The notes under the pieces were generated by a model, which had not been told where the DNA came from, did no database searches, and saw only the letters and a program-made list of their open reading frames with translations. From the NCBI GenBank assembly GCA_965262615.1, contig OZ253545.1:1056001-1120000 (forward strand): DNA of 64,000 nucleotides, read 5' to 3'. How positions within the stretch are numbered: position 1 is the first letter of the stretch; each line of letters begins with the position of its first letter. Positions 11,472 through 21,305 of the stretch are shown piece by piece. Source of the stretch: Alphaproteobacteria bacterium. Its GTDB lineage: Bacteria > Pseudomonadota > Alphaproteobacteria > GM7ARS4 > G965262615. Both the position numbers and the translations under genes were made by a program.

Positions 11472-12740
11472 TATGAGATTGATACTTGCTCAACCTCACG
11501 CTCTTGCCGAGTCGCTGATACAGCGCGGCTTGAAAAGTAGTGATGAAGCTTTTGCTTTGCTTGCCGATTTAAAGAAAAAAGATGAAGCATTGCGAATTAC
11601 GCTTACCCAATTGCAGAGATTGCAGGAACGGCGCAATGCTCTTTCTAAAGATATTGGCGGCAAAAAAAGCAGAGGCGAAGATTCCAGCACAGAGGAACAA
11701 GCCGTCAGTGCCATCAAAGAGGAGCGAGTGGCACTGGAGAAAAAAGCCGACCAGCAAAAACAAGAGATTCATAATATTTTGGCTAACCTTCCGAATCTTT
11801 TGGATGATTCTGTGCCAGATGGAGCAGATGAGAGCAACAACAAAGTGCTTGATTCATGGGGTGATGTCAAAAAAGGCGATGACTTTCTGGATCATGTGGC
11901 GTTGGGGGAGCGTCTAGGATTGATGGATTTTGGCGTGGCGGCACAGATGGCGGGGGCGCGTTTTGTGGTGTTGCGAGGGGCATTGGCGCGTTTGGAGCGG
12001 GCTTTGGCATCCTTCATGCTGCACACCCATTGCCAGCAGCACGGCTATGAAGAGGTCGCGCCGCCTCTGTTGGTGCGCGACCGTGCTCTTTACGGCACGG
12101 GACAATTGCCCAAATTCAGTGAGGATTTGTATCAGACGCGTGAGGGCTGGTGGCTCTCGCCCACGGCAGAGGTGCAACTCGCCAATGTGGTGGCACAACA
12201 GACACTGGATGAGGCATCGTTGCCGTTGCGTCTGACGGCTCACACGGCGTGTTTTCGCTCGGAAGCAGGCGCGGCGGGAAAGGACACCCGAGGCATGATT
12301 CGCCAGCATCAGTTCTACAAGGTGGAACTGGTGTCGGTGTGTCATCCCAGCCAATCGGCTGACGAGCATGAACGCATGACGCAATGCGCCGAAGCCATCC
12401 TGCGTGCGTTGCAATTGCCCTATCGCAAGGTGCTGCTCTGTTCTGGCGACACCGGATTCGCCGCACAAAAAACCTACGATTTGGAAGTGTGGATGGCAGG
12501 GCAACAGTGTTATCGCGAAATTTCCAGTTCATCCAATTGTGGCGATTTTCAGGCGCGCCGTCTGGGATGCATGGTGAAGGGCGCGAGCGGCAAGTGCTAT
12601 GCTCACACACTCAATGCCTCTGGCGTGGCGGTGGGACGCTGTCTAATTTCTGTGATGGAGAACTATCAGAAAGATGGCTCAATTGTCAAATTCCTGATGT
12701 GTTACAACCCTACCTCGGCGGAATGAAACGAATTGAGTGA
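11464..12740 (+). CDS. serS: Seryl-tRNA synthetase with apparent frameshift near 12688-12690
   Basis: PTAEV, FRSEAG, IRQHQF, REISS and HTLN motifs. The canonical tail IPDVLQPYLGG is in a different frame ending at 12740; the in-frame ORF stops at 12726. Confidence 0.93.
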
Positions 12741-12750
12741 TGGGTGAAAA

Positions 12751-12786
12751 TGTTGCGAAAAAGGTGTGATGGGATATAATAAAGGC
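12751..12786 (+). promoter_or_regulatory. sigma70-like promoter, probably leaderless
   Basis: TTGCGA-N16-TATAAT-N6-ATG(12787). Same 36-nt layout as the leader at 62584-62619. Confidence 0.55.
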
Positions 12787-13149
12787 ATGGCTAAAGACAA
12801 TACAAAAAATAATGCGGGTGCTGGCTTAGTTCCTCAAACTATGGCGGGAGAAATCTTGCACCATCTCAGCGATGCTTGGCGCAGGATTTTGTGGCTGACG
12901 GCGTTTCTTATTCCTTTTGTGTATGTCATGGCGTTGAGTATCAATGAATTGGTAGAGATTTTACCGATTTTGCAAGACTATTGGTCGGCATCGGAAGTGT
13001 ATGGTATGACCAGTGGCATTGAAATAGCGGCGGTATTTCTTATATCACTGGTTGTATTTATGGTGCTGACAATTTTCATCACCATTTTTGTGGTGATGCT
13101 GAAAATCATAAGACAATTGCTGTTGCTGGATAAGGAGCGTAAGCAATGA
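12787..13149 (+). CDS. Hypothetical 2-TM membrane protein
   Basis: 120-aa ORF with two hydrophobic helices, coupled by ATGA to the next SLR gene. Confidence 0.7.
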   Translation: MAKDNTKNNAGAGLVPQTMAGEILHHLSDAWRRILWLTAFLIPFVYVMALSINELVEILPILQDYWSASEVYGMTSGIEIAAVFLISLVVFMVLTIFITIFVVMLKIIRQLLLLDKERKQ

Positions 13150-13886
13150 CTTTTTTGAAAGAAAAGAGCTTATTGGTGATGAGATACACGCCAACAATTC
13201 TCATCATGATGGCGGCGATGGTTTTTGCTTATGATTTTTTGATGGCGATGGGTCGCATCATCTTCAATCTGGATTTTCTCACATCACACACACTGATTTA
13301 TGTGATGATGTTTGTGATGTTTGTTTTTTTCTCTGGGGCGATGATTGCCATCATCATCAATCACATAGAGGATTTGCGTCATACGCCACAGGTGAAAGAC
13401 TACGATCAAGCGGTGGCACAATACAATCGCGGCGTCTCCTACTACTACGGCGAGGGGGTGGCGAAGGACGATCAAGAAGCTTTTCAATGGTTTGCAAAGG
13501 CTGCCGAACAGGGACTTGCTCAAGCTCAATATAATCTGGGTCTGATGTATGATCGCGGCGAAGGCATCAAAAAAGATAAAGCAGAGGCGGCGCGCTGGTG
13601 GCTCAAAGCCGCCGAGCAACGGCTTGTTCTGGCTCAATACAATCTTGGTGTCATGTATGCCGAAGGGCGAGGGGTGAAGCGGAATCAGGAAAAAGCAATG
13701 GAATGGTATCAAAAAGCCGCCAAGCAAGGTTATGCCTCAGCCCAATATAATCTTGGTATCATGTATGCCAATGGCGGCGGTATGACAAAGAATGAAAAGC
13801 AAGCCATGCACTGGTGGCGCAAAGCCGCCCAACAAGGCGATGCCCAAGCCCAAGAAGCTTTGAATAAACTCAATTCACCCCCATAA
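13146..13886 (+). CDS. Membrane-anchored Sel1-like repeat protein (~4 repeats)
   Basis: Two N-terminal TM segments, then 36-aa AQYNLG.MY..G.G.....A..W..KAA.QG repeats. Confidence 0.92.
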   Translation: MTFLKEKSLLVMRYTPTILIMMAAMVFAYDFLMAMGRIIFNLDFLTSHTLIYVMMFVMFVFFSGAMIAIIINHIEDLRHTPQVKDYDQAVAQYNRGVSYYYGEGVAKDDQEAFQWFAKAAEQGLAQAQYNLGLMYDRGEGIKKDKAEAARWWLKAAEQRLVLAQYNLGVMYAEGRGVKRNQEKAMEWYQKAAKQGYASAQYNLGIMYANGGGMTKNEKQAMHWWRKAAQQGDAQAQEALNKLNSPP

Positions 13887-13901
13887 CTTCAATGAGGCGG
13901 C

Positions 13902-13950
13902 GTGTTGCAAAAAACATGGACGGGGAGTGCAATTGTGATATATTTAACAC
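13902..13950 (+). promoter_or_regulatory. Conserved SLR-gene leader
   Basis: GTGTTGCAAAAAACATGGACGG... matches the leaders at 61316-61366 and 62584-62620; TG-A-TATATT lies 6 nt before the ATG. Confidence 0.65.
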
Positions 13951-15366
13951 ATGGCTGATTCTAATTTGAAAATCATATTAGAATTCATCAAAGAATACGC
14001 GCCTCGCAATTGGCTGAAAGCTCTTGCGATATTATTTTGCATCTATCTAGGGTTTTTCTTCTCTAATTTAATAGCGGATGAGCTAGAGAAATTATCAGAA
14101 GTAGGGGTAATTTTTGCGACTGCCTTCTTTTGCATTGCCGTATTTTCTAGCCAAATTATTAAACCACTGCAATTAGTGGTAAATAAAGTAGCTGCTGACA
14201 TTTCTGCTGGAATTAAAAATTTGGTTTTATTCATAGAAGGTTTGTTTTTTGGCTCGCCGCAAGGGTATTTCAACTACGGCTTAGAATGTCTTTCTAGCAA
14301 TAATTATAACGAAGCTACCAAATGGTTTGAAAAAGCTGCTCAAAGAGGTCTTGCCCAAGCTCAATTCAATCTAGGTGTAGCTTATTACAATGGCTATGGT
14401 GTGACACAGGATACAACCCAAGCAGTCAAGTGGTACACAAAAGCTGCTGGGCAAGGTCTTGCCGAAGCTCAATCCAATCTAGGTGTGATGTATCATAATG
14501 GCGAAGGTGTGAAACAAAATGATCGGAAGGCGGCACAATGGATTAAAAAAGCTGCCCAACAAAATCTTGCTCCAGCCCAATATAATCTAGGAGTGGCTTA
14601 TGCCAATGGCGATGGTGTTACGAAGGATACAACAAAAGCAGTCAAGTGGCATAAAAAAGCTGCCCAACAAGGTCTTGCCGAAGCCCAATACAATCTTGGC
14701 GTGGCTTATCATAAAGGCAGGGGTGTGATACAGAATCAAAAAAAAGCAGTCAAGTGTTTCACAAAAGCTGCCCAACAAGGTTATGCCTTAGCCCAAAATA
14801 ATCTAGGTGTGATGTATCTCAATGGCAATGGTGTGACGCAGGATGAGAAAGAAGCAGTCAAGTGGTTTGAAAAAGCTACTGGGCAAGGTCATGCCGAAGC
14901 CCAATATAATCTAGGTTTGGCTTATCACAAAGGCGAGGGCGTGATACAAAATACTGGAAAGGCGGTATATTGGGTTAAAAAAGCTGCCCAACAAGGTCAT
15001 GCTAAAGCCCAATATAATCTAGGTGTGGCTTATGCCAAAGGCGAGGGTGAGAGGCAGGATTATACAGAAGCAGTCAAGTGGTTCAAAGAAGCTGCACAAC
15101 AAGGTCTTGCCGAAGCCCAATCTAATCTAGGTGTGATGTATCTCAATGGCGATGGTGTGCCACAGGATACAACCCAAGCAGTCAAGTGTTTCACAAAAGC
15201 TGCCCAACAAGGTTTTGCTCTAGCCCAAAATAATTTAGGTGTGATGTATCTCAATGGCGATGGTGTGCCACAGGATACAACCCAAGCAGTCAAGTGGCTC
15301 ACAAAAGCTGCCCAACAAGGTTTTGCTCCAGCCCAAGAAGTTTTGGATAAAATCAAAAAATCATGA
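13951..15366 (+). CDS. Membrane-anchored Sel1-like repeat protein (~9 repeats)
   Basis: N-terminus MADSNLKIILEFIKEYAPRNW, 2 TM segments, then SLR repeats. Paralogue of 59984-61315. Confidence 0.95.
   Translation: MADSNLKIILEFIKEYAPRNWLKALAILFCIYLGFFFSNLIADELEKLSEVGVIFATAFFCIAVFSSQIIKPLQLVVNKVAADISAGIKNLVLFIEGLFFGSPQGYFNYGLECLSSNNYNEATKWFEKAAQRGLAQAQFNLGVAYYNGYGVTQDTTQAVKWYTKAAGQGLAEAQSNLGVMYHNGEGVKQNDRKAAQWIKKAAQQNLAPAQYNLGVAYANGDGVTKDTTKAVKWHKKAAQQGLAEAQYNLGVAYHKGRGVIQNQKKAVKCFTKAAQQGYALAQNNLGVMYLNGNGVTQDEKEAVKWFEKATGQGHAEAQYNLGLAYHKGEGVIQNTGKAVYWVKKAAQQGHAKAQYNLGVAYAKGEGERQDYTEAVKWFKEAAQQGLAEAQSNLGVMYLNGDGVPQDTTQAVKCFTKAAQQGFALAQNNLGVMYLNGDGVPQDTTQAVKWLTKAAQQGFAPAQEVLDKIKKS
15124..15336 (+). 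repeat. Near-identical 108-bp tandem duplication (last two SLR units)
   Basis: Copies start at 15124 and 15232 and differ at only a few bases. Confidence 0.85.
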
Positions 15367-16314
15367 GGAAAAAGTCTCGCAGTTCTTAAAGTATTTCCAT
15401 GTTTGTTTTAGTCCGTTATTGAGTTTGATGGTTGGTTGCCATCCGAGCCATTTGTGGGCGCGAGTGATATCGGGGCATCGTTGCATGGGGTCATCTTGCG
15501 GCAGTGGCTCGTGGGTGATGCCGCCATTGCTTTTGGTCATGGAGAGCACCATTTCAGCCAGTTGCATGATGGAGAACTCATCCTGATTGCCCAGATTCAC
15601 TGCGCCATCCAGGGGCGTGGCGTGATTCATGAGGGCAAGCAAGCCGTCAATCATGTCATCCACATAGCAAAAGCTGCGGGTTTGTGAGCCGTCTCCATAG
15701 ACGGTCAGGGGTTTGCCGCCGATGGCTTGGTTGAGAAAATTGCTGATGACTCTGCCGTCTTTTTGATCCATGAAGGGACCGTAGCTGTTGAAGATGCGGG
15801 CGACGCGCACATCCAGCTGATGGCGGCGTTTGAAATCAAAGCACAGGCTTTCTGCGACGCGTTTTCCCTCATCGTAACAGGCACGAATGCCACAGGGATT
15901 GACATGCCCTCGGTATTCCTCTTTTTGCGGATGCTCTTGCGGGTCGCCATAGACTTCACTGGTGGAGGCTTGCACCATCACCGCCTGATGCTCATGTGCC
16001 AGCCGAAGCATGTGCAGCGTTCCCACAAAGCAGGTCTCACTGGTGAAAATGGGATCTTTTTGATACAGAGGCGGCGAGGCAGGACACGCAAGATGATAGA
16101 TCTGATCAAGAGGCGTGGGCGGCAAAGACAACGGATGGCGAATGTCATGCTCAATCAGTGTGAAATGAGGGTGTGGTGTCAGGTCATGAACATGAGACGG
16201 GTCGCAGCTGTAGAAATTATCCACGCAAATGACATGATGACCATCGTTAAGCAATTGGCGGCATAAATTGATTCCCAAAAAGCCCGCACCGCCGGTCACC
16301 AAAATGTTAGACAT
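15361..16314 (-). CDS. UDP-glucuronate decarboxylase (UXS-like SDR)
   Basis: VTGGAGFLG, HLACPASP, STSEVYG, YDEGKR and RIFNSYGP motifs. Start placed at ATG 16314. Confidence 0.92.
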   Translation of the reverse strand: MSNILVTGGAGFLGINLCRQLLNDGHHVICVDNFYSCDPSHVHDLTPHPHFTLIEHDIRHPLSLPPTPLDQIYHLACPASPPLYQKDPIFTSETCFVGTLHMLRLAHEHQAVMVQASTSEVYGDPQEHPQKEEYRGHVNPCGIRACYDEGKRVAESLCFDFKRRHQLDVRVARIFNSYGPFMDQKDGRVISNFLNQAIGGKPLTVYGDGSQTRSFCYVDDMIDGLLALMNHATPLDGAVNLGNQDEFSIMQLAEMVLSMTKSNGGITHEPLPQDDPMQRCPDITRAHKWLGWQPTIKLNNGLKQTWKYFKNCETFSS

Positions 16315-17644
16315 GGCAAATCCCGTGTTGAATACATGTCCAGCCTTGTTGATGCAGCTGAGTGCCATCATAAATGTTGCGGCAATCCACAAGCACAGGG
16401 CGCGACAATTGGTTCTGGACGCGCTTCATATCAGCCTCACGATAGGCGGGCATATTGAGGGTGACCACCAGTGCATCGGCATCGGTGAGGGCATCGTATG
16501 GAGAGTCATGAATGATGGTGACAGAATCTCTGCCGGCAAAATAGCGAGCGAGATTTTCATGGGCGATGGCATCATGCAATGTGGCAAACGCGCCGTTCTC
16601 CAGCAGTGTGTCAATCAAGAAGAGGGCGGGGGATTTGCGAATGTCATCGGTCTGTTCTTTGAACGCGCCGCCCCAGAAGGCAAAGCGTTTGCCGGTGATG
16701 TGATTGTCAAAGTGCGTGAGAATTTTCTTGGCAATGATTTCTTTTTGTTGTTCGTTAATCATATCCACGGCGTTCAGCAGGCTGGTTTGATAATGAAGTT
16801 CTTTGTCACAGAAGGATTGCAATCCTTTGACATCTTTGGGAAAGCAGCTGCCGCCATAGCCGATGCCGGCACTGATGAAATGAGGTCCGATGCGCTCATC
16901 CATTGAGATGGCGGCTCGGATGTCTTGCACACGAGCTCCGGTGCGTTCCGCAATGGCTGCCATTTCATTGATGAAACTAATCTTGGTGGCCAGCATGGCG
17001 TTGGCGGCGTATTTGGAGAGCTCGGCACTTTCAAGATTCATATAGAGCAGTTTGTCGTCAGATAATGTGAGGAAATCATAGAGCTGTGCACACCGAGCAA
17101 AAGCCTCACGATTGCGCGCGCCAATGACAATGCGATCGGGCTTCATGAAATCCGATATGGAAGTTCCCTCGCACAAAAATTCGGGGTTAGACACAACATC
17201 AACATGAGCCGATACTTTGCGTTTTTTGAGACCCTTATCAATGATGTCTTCAATCTTTTTATTGGTGCCCACAGGAACGGTGGATTTGGTCACCACAAGA
17301 CAATCATGAGTCAGATTATTGGCAAGGGTTTGACTGACCGCCAACACAAAAGAGAGATCCTTTGAATTGGTCTCATCATTAAAGGGGGTGCCAACACAGA
17401 TGAAGATGGCATCGCTGTGAGGCAGGTGTTCTTTGAGTTGTGTGGTCAATTCCAACCGTCCGGATTTTAGTCCATCGCGCAAATAGTCGGCAAGAGACTC
17501 TTCATAGATGGTGGTGTGTCCTTGTTGTAATTGGTGGATTTTGTCTTTATCCACATCCACACATATGACATGATGCCTTTTGGCAAAACAGACGGCGGAG
17601 ATGAGTCCCACATAGCCAGCACCGATGATGACGAGTTTTTTCAT
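16307..17644 (-). CDS. ugd: UDP-glucose 6-dehydrogenase
   Basis: GAGYVG, KSTVPVG, NPEFL, GYGGSCFPKD and TDDIR motifs. Start MKKLVII at 17644. Confidence 0.92.
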   Translation of the reverse strand: MKKLVIIGAGYVGLISAVCFAKRHHVICVDVDKDKIHQLQQGHTTIYEESLADYLRDGLKSGRLELTTQLKEHLPHSDAIFICVGTPFNDETNSKDLSFVLAVSQTLANNLTHDCLVVTKSTVPVGTNKKIEDIIDKGLKKRKVSAHVDVVSNPEFLCEGTSISDFMKPDRIVIGARNREAFARCAQLYDFLTLSDDKLLYMNLESAELSKYAANAMLATKISFINEMAAIAERTGARVQDIRAAISMDERIGPHFISAGIGYGGSCFPKDVKGLQSFCDKELHYQTSLLNAVDMINEQQKEIIAKKILTHFDNHITGKRFAFWGGAFKEQTDDIRKSPALFLIDTLLENGAFATLHDAIAHENLARYFAGRDSVTIIHDSPYDALTDADALVVTLNMPAYREADMKRVQNQLSRPVLVDCRNIYDGTQLHQQGWTCIQHGICHV

Positions 17645-18368
17645 GTCTTCTTTTATCATTGCAGCCAATTGGAAAATGAATGTGAGTCGCGCCACAGCAC
17701 TGGCACTGACTGGCGATACTATCACACTGATGAACAAAATCAAGGCGGTGAGTTCCGTTTTGTTTTTTGCCCCTGCGCCGTTGGTGGAGGCGGTGAGTTC
17801 GGTGTGTGATTCTGATATGGTGGGAGCACAGGATTGTCATGAGGAGGCACGGGGAGCTTACACGGGCGGCGTGGCGGCATCGCACTTGTATGATGTGGGG
17901 GCGCGCATTGTTCTTGTTGGTCACAGCGAGTGTCGTCAGCGTGGTGACGATGACGAACGGATTGCTCAAAAAATACAAAGAGCTCACGAGGCGGGGCTGA
18001 AGACGATTTTATGCGTGGGGGAATCTCTCAGCCAAAGGGAAGAAGGCAGGCAATTGGAGGTGGTGGCGCGCCAAATGGCTCTTGGCATCGCACCGTATGC
18101 CATTGCGTATGAGCCGTTGTGGGCGATTGGCACGGGTCGTGTGCCTCATGGTGAGGAGATTGCGGCGATGCATCATCATATTGGCGGTTTGTTTGATGGG
18201 GCGATTTTGTATGGCGGGTCGGTCACGGGTGACAATGCGTCTGAGCTGTGTTGTGTGGCGGGGGTTGACGGATTGTTGGTGGGGGGCGCGAGTTTGAGCC
18301 TTGACACCTTTGCTGCAATCGTGCAAGGCGTGGAAACATCTCTTGCCAACAGGAACAAGCTGAAGTAG
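17643..18368 (+). CDS. tpiA: Triosephosphate isomerase
   Basis: ANWKMN, GHSE, AYEPLWAIGTG, YGGSV and LVGGASL motifs. Confidence 0.95.
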   Translation: MSSFIIAANWKMNVSRATALALTGDTITLMNKIKAVSSVLFFAPAPLVEAVSSVCDSDMVGAQDCHEEARGAYTGGVAASHLYDVGARIVLVGHSECRQRGDDDERIAQKIQRAHEAGLKTILCVGESLSQREEGRQLEVVARQMALGIAPYAIAYEPLWAIGTGRVPHGEEIAAMHHHIGGLFDGAILYGGSVTGDNASELCCVAGVDGLLVGGASLSLDTFAAIVQGVETSLANRNKLK

Positions 18369-18377
18369 AGTGAGCCC

Positions 18378-18794
18378 ATGCCGTTGACATTACTGATTAT
18401 TCACATGCTCATTGCATTGGGTCTGGTGTTTTTGATTTTGATTCAACGCTCCGAGGGGGGCGGTTTGGGCATTGGCGGCGATCCCATGCAGATGATGGGG
18501 GGGCGCGGCACAGCCACCATCTTGACTCGTGCCACCGCATGGATGGCGGCATTGTTTATGGCATCCAGCTTGTTGCTCACGATGGTTGCCGATCGCGGTG
18601 ATGGCGTCTCGTCCATCATTGACTTGGAAGATGCGTCTCAATCGCCTGAATTGTTAGATGCGCCTCCCACCGTTCCCATTGATGATTTGCTCACCATTGA
18701 TCCCATAGAATCGCTTGATTCTGAGAATGATCCTCTTCGGCTTTTGCCCTCTGAGGGCGGTCGCAGTCTTTCTCCTTCTCCGCCCATAGAGTGA
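18378..18794 (+). CDS. secG: Preprotein translocase SecG
   Basis: ILIQRSEGGGLG and LTRAT motifs; between tpiA and pyrG. Confidence 0.9.
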   Translation: MPLTLLIIHMLIALGLVFLILIQRSEGGGLGIGGDPMQMMGGRGTATILTRATAWMAALFMASSLLLTMVADRGDGVSSIIDLEDASQSPELLDAPPTVPIDDLLTIDPIESLDSENDPLRLLPSEGGRSLSPSPPIE

Positions 18795-18804
18795 TGCGCT
18801 GGCT

Positions 18805-20460
18805 GTGACTTCCTCATCGGCGGCAGGTGTCAAATACATTTTTGTCACCGGTGGCGTGACCTCGTCTCTTGGCAAGGGGGTTGCCACTGCTGCCATCGGC
18901 GCATTGTTGCAGGCAAGAGGACTCAAGACGCGTTTGCGCAAACTAGACCCCTATCTCAACATTGACCCAGGCACCATGAGTCCTTTTCAGCATGGCGAGG
19001 TTTTCATCACCGATGATGGTTGCGAGACCGATTTGGACTTGGGATACTATGAGCGTTTTACCAATCAATCGTCACACGGCAGTGACAGCATCACGGCGGG
19101 GCGCATCTATGCCGATTTGTTGGAGCGCGAACGGCGAGGCGATTTTCTTGGCGCAACGGTGCAGGTCATTCCCCATGTGACCGATGCCATCAAGAATTTC
19201 ATCACCAATGATTTGCAAGATGAGGATGTGGTGATTTGCGAAATCGGCGGCACGGCAGGAGATATTGAAAGCTTGCCTTTTTTGGAAGCCATTCGGCAAA
19301 TGCGTCATGAGCTTGGCTGGCGGGAGACTTTTTTTATCCATGCGACTTTGGTGCCGTGGCTGGCGGCGGCGGGGGAGCTCAAAACCAAGCCCACCCAACA
19401 TTCGGTGAAGGAATTGCTCAAGGCGGGAATTCAAACCGACATGTTGCTGTGTCGCACGGAACATGGGTTGGATGAATTGATTAAGAACAAGATTAGTCTG
19501 TTTTGCAATGTGCGCCCTGAGGCGGTCATTGAAGCCAAAGACACCGATACCATTTATCAAGTGCCTCTTGATTTTCACGCACAAAAGCTGGATACGCAGA
19601 TTTGTCAACACTTTGACTGGAAGACGGGCGAAGCCGATGTCGGCAAATGGCATGATCTCACGCATCGCATTCGCTCACCTCAGCGTGATGTTGCCGTTGC
19701 GGTGGTGGGAAAATACACCGAATTGACGGATTCTTATAAATCGTTGGTGGAGGCTTTGCTTCATGGCGGTCTTGTTCATGAAACGGCGGTTGAAATCAAG
19801 TGGTTGGACTCTGATATTTTCTTAAAAGAGGATTCATTACAGGATATTATGGAGAATGTTTCTGGTATTCTTGTGCCGGGTGGCTTTGGCAAGCGCGGCA
19901 GTGAGGGCAAGATGGCGGCGGCGCGTCTGGCTCGCACGCGCGCCATTCCGTATTTGGGCATTTGTCTGGGCATGCAGATGGCGGTGGTTGAAGCGGTGCG
20001 CGCCAAAACCGATTTGCAAGGTGTGGGCTCTACCGAATTTGATGATGGCTGTGCTCATCCCATTGTGGGCTTGATGGAGGAGTGGCAAAAGGATGGCTCT
20101 ACGGTCACGCGCGATGGCATCAAAGAGGGCATGGGAGGCACGATGCGGCTGGGTAGTTATGAGTGTGTGTTGACGAAGAAGAGTTTGTGTCATCGTATTT
20201 ATGGCAAGTCGCGCATTTGGGAGCGGCATCGCCATCGGTATGAGGTCAATATCGGTTATGAGGATGTGATGCGCCAAGCCGGCATGACAATCGCAGGACG
20301 CTCCCCAGACGGCAATTTGCCTGAAATTGTGGAGATGGAGAATCACCCGTGGTTTGTGGGAGTGCAATTTCATCCTGAAATCAAGTCTCGCCCACTGACA
20401 CCGCATCCGTTGTTTGCCGACTTCATTCGGGCAACGGTGGAATACGGTCATTTGATTTGA
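18805..20460 (+). CDS. pyrG: CTP synthase
   Basis: GGVTSSLGKG, DPYLN, KTKPTQHS, GICLGMQ and QFHPE motifs. Confidence 0.97.
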   Translation: MTSSSAAGVKYIFVTGGVTSSLGKGVATAAIGALLQARGLKTRLRKLDPYLNIDPGTMSPFQHGEVFITDDGCETDLDLGYYERFTNQSSHGSDSITAGRIYADLLERERRGDFLGATVQVIPHVTDAIKNFITNDLQDEDVVICEIGGTAGDIESLPFLEAIRQMRHELGWRETFFIHATLVPWLAAAGELKTKPTQHSVKELLKAGIQTDMLLCRTEHGLDELIKNKISLFCNVRPEAVIEAKDTDTIYQVPLDFHAQKLDTQICQHFDWKTGEADVGKWHDLTHRIRSPQRDVAVAVVGKYTELTDSYKSLVEALLHGGLVHETAVEIKWLDSDIFLKEDSLQDIMENVSGILVPGGFGKRGSEGKMAAARLARTRAIPYLGICLGMQMAVVEAVRAKTDLQGVGSTEFDDGCAHPIVGLMEEWQKDGSTVTRDGIKEGMGGTMRLGSYECVLTKKSLCHRIYGKSRIWERHRHRYEVNIGYEDVMRQAGMTIAGRSPDGNLPEIVEMENHPWFVGVQFHPEIKSRPLTPHPLFADFIRATVEYGHLI

Positions 20461-21305
20461 TGGCAATGAAAACGGTCACCATAGGCAATGATGAATGTGG
20501 CAATGAGCATCCACTGGTGCTGATGGCGGGACCCTGTGCATTGGAGAGTCTTGAGCATAGCTTGATGCTGGCACACTCCATTGGCGCGCTGGCACAGCGT
20601 CATGGTGTGCCGTTTGTTTTTAAGGGGTCGTTTGACAAAGCCAATCGGTCATCGTTGGATTCACCGCGCGGGGTGGGCATGGAGAAGGGACTGGAGATTT
20701 TGACTCAGGTGCGGGAAAAAATTGGCTGTTCCGTCATGACCGATGTGCACACCGAAAAACAGGCGACTCAAACGGGTGCGGTGGTGGATGTGATTCAAAT
20801 CCCTGCGTTTTTGTGTCGCCAGACGGATTTGCTGGTGGCGGCGGGCAAGAGCGGTGCGGTGGTCAATGTGAAAAAGGGACAATTCATGGCTCCGTGGGAT
20901 ATGGCACAGGTGGCGCATAAAATTGCATCAACGGGCAATGATGCCATTCTTTTGACCGAACGGGGGGTGTCTTTTGGCTATCAGCGGCTGGTGAGTGATT
21001 TGCGCGCCGTGCCCATCATGCAGCAGACGGGCTATCCTGTGATTTTTGATGCCACCCATTCGGTGCAGCAGCCGTCCTCATTGGGCAAGACATCGGGAGG
21101 CGAGCGTTCCTTCATTGCGTCTTTGGCGCGGGCGGCGGTGGCGGTGGGATGTGCAGGACTGTTCATTGAGGTGCATGAAGAGCCCAAACGCGCCCCCTCT
21201 GATGCCGCCACCATGCTGCCATTGCAGGAATTGGATGCTCTGCTCAAAGATGTTTCTTTTATAGACGCATACATCAAAAAGATGGTAAGAGAGCCTCATG
21301 AGTGA
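20460..21305 (+). CDS. kdsA: KDO-8-phosphate synthase
   Basis: AGPC, FDKANRSS, IPAFLCRQTDL, KKGQF and DATHSVQ motifs. Confidence 0.96.
   Translation: MAMKTVTIGNDECGNEHPLVLMAGPCALESLEHSLMLAHSIGALAQRHGVPFVFKGSFDKANRSSLDSPRGVGMEKGLEILTQVREKIGCSVMTDVHTEKQATQTGAVVDVIQIPAFLCRQTDLLVAAGKSGAVVNVKKGQFMAPWDMAQVAHKIASTGNDAILLTERGVSFGYQRLVSDLRAVPIMQQTGYPVIFDATHSVQQPSSLGKTSGGERSFIASLARAAVAVGCAGLFIEVHEEPKRAPSDAATMLPLQELDALLKDVSFIDAYIKKMVREPHE

Noticed and set aside
13887-13901. Displaced serS or uxs 3'-end copy in the first SLR island
   Set aside because: The 15-bp gap shows no recognisable match to either gene end or to prfB.
13146-15366. Diversity-generating retroelement acting on SLR genes
   Set aside because: No reverse transcriptase in the window, and differences between repeats are not visibly confined to adenines.
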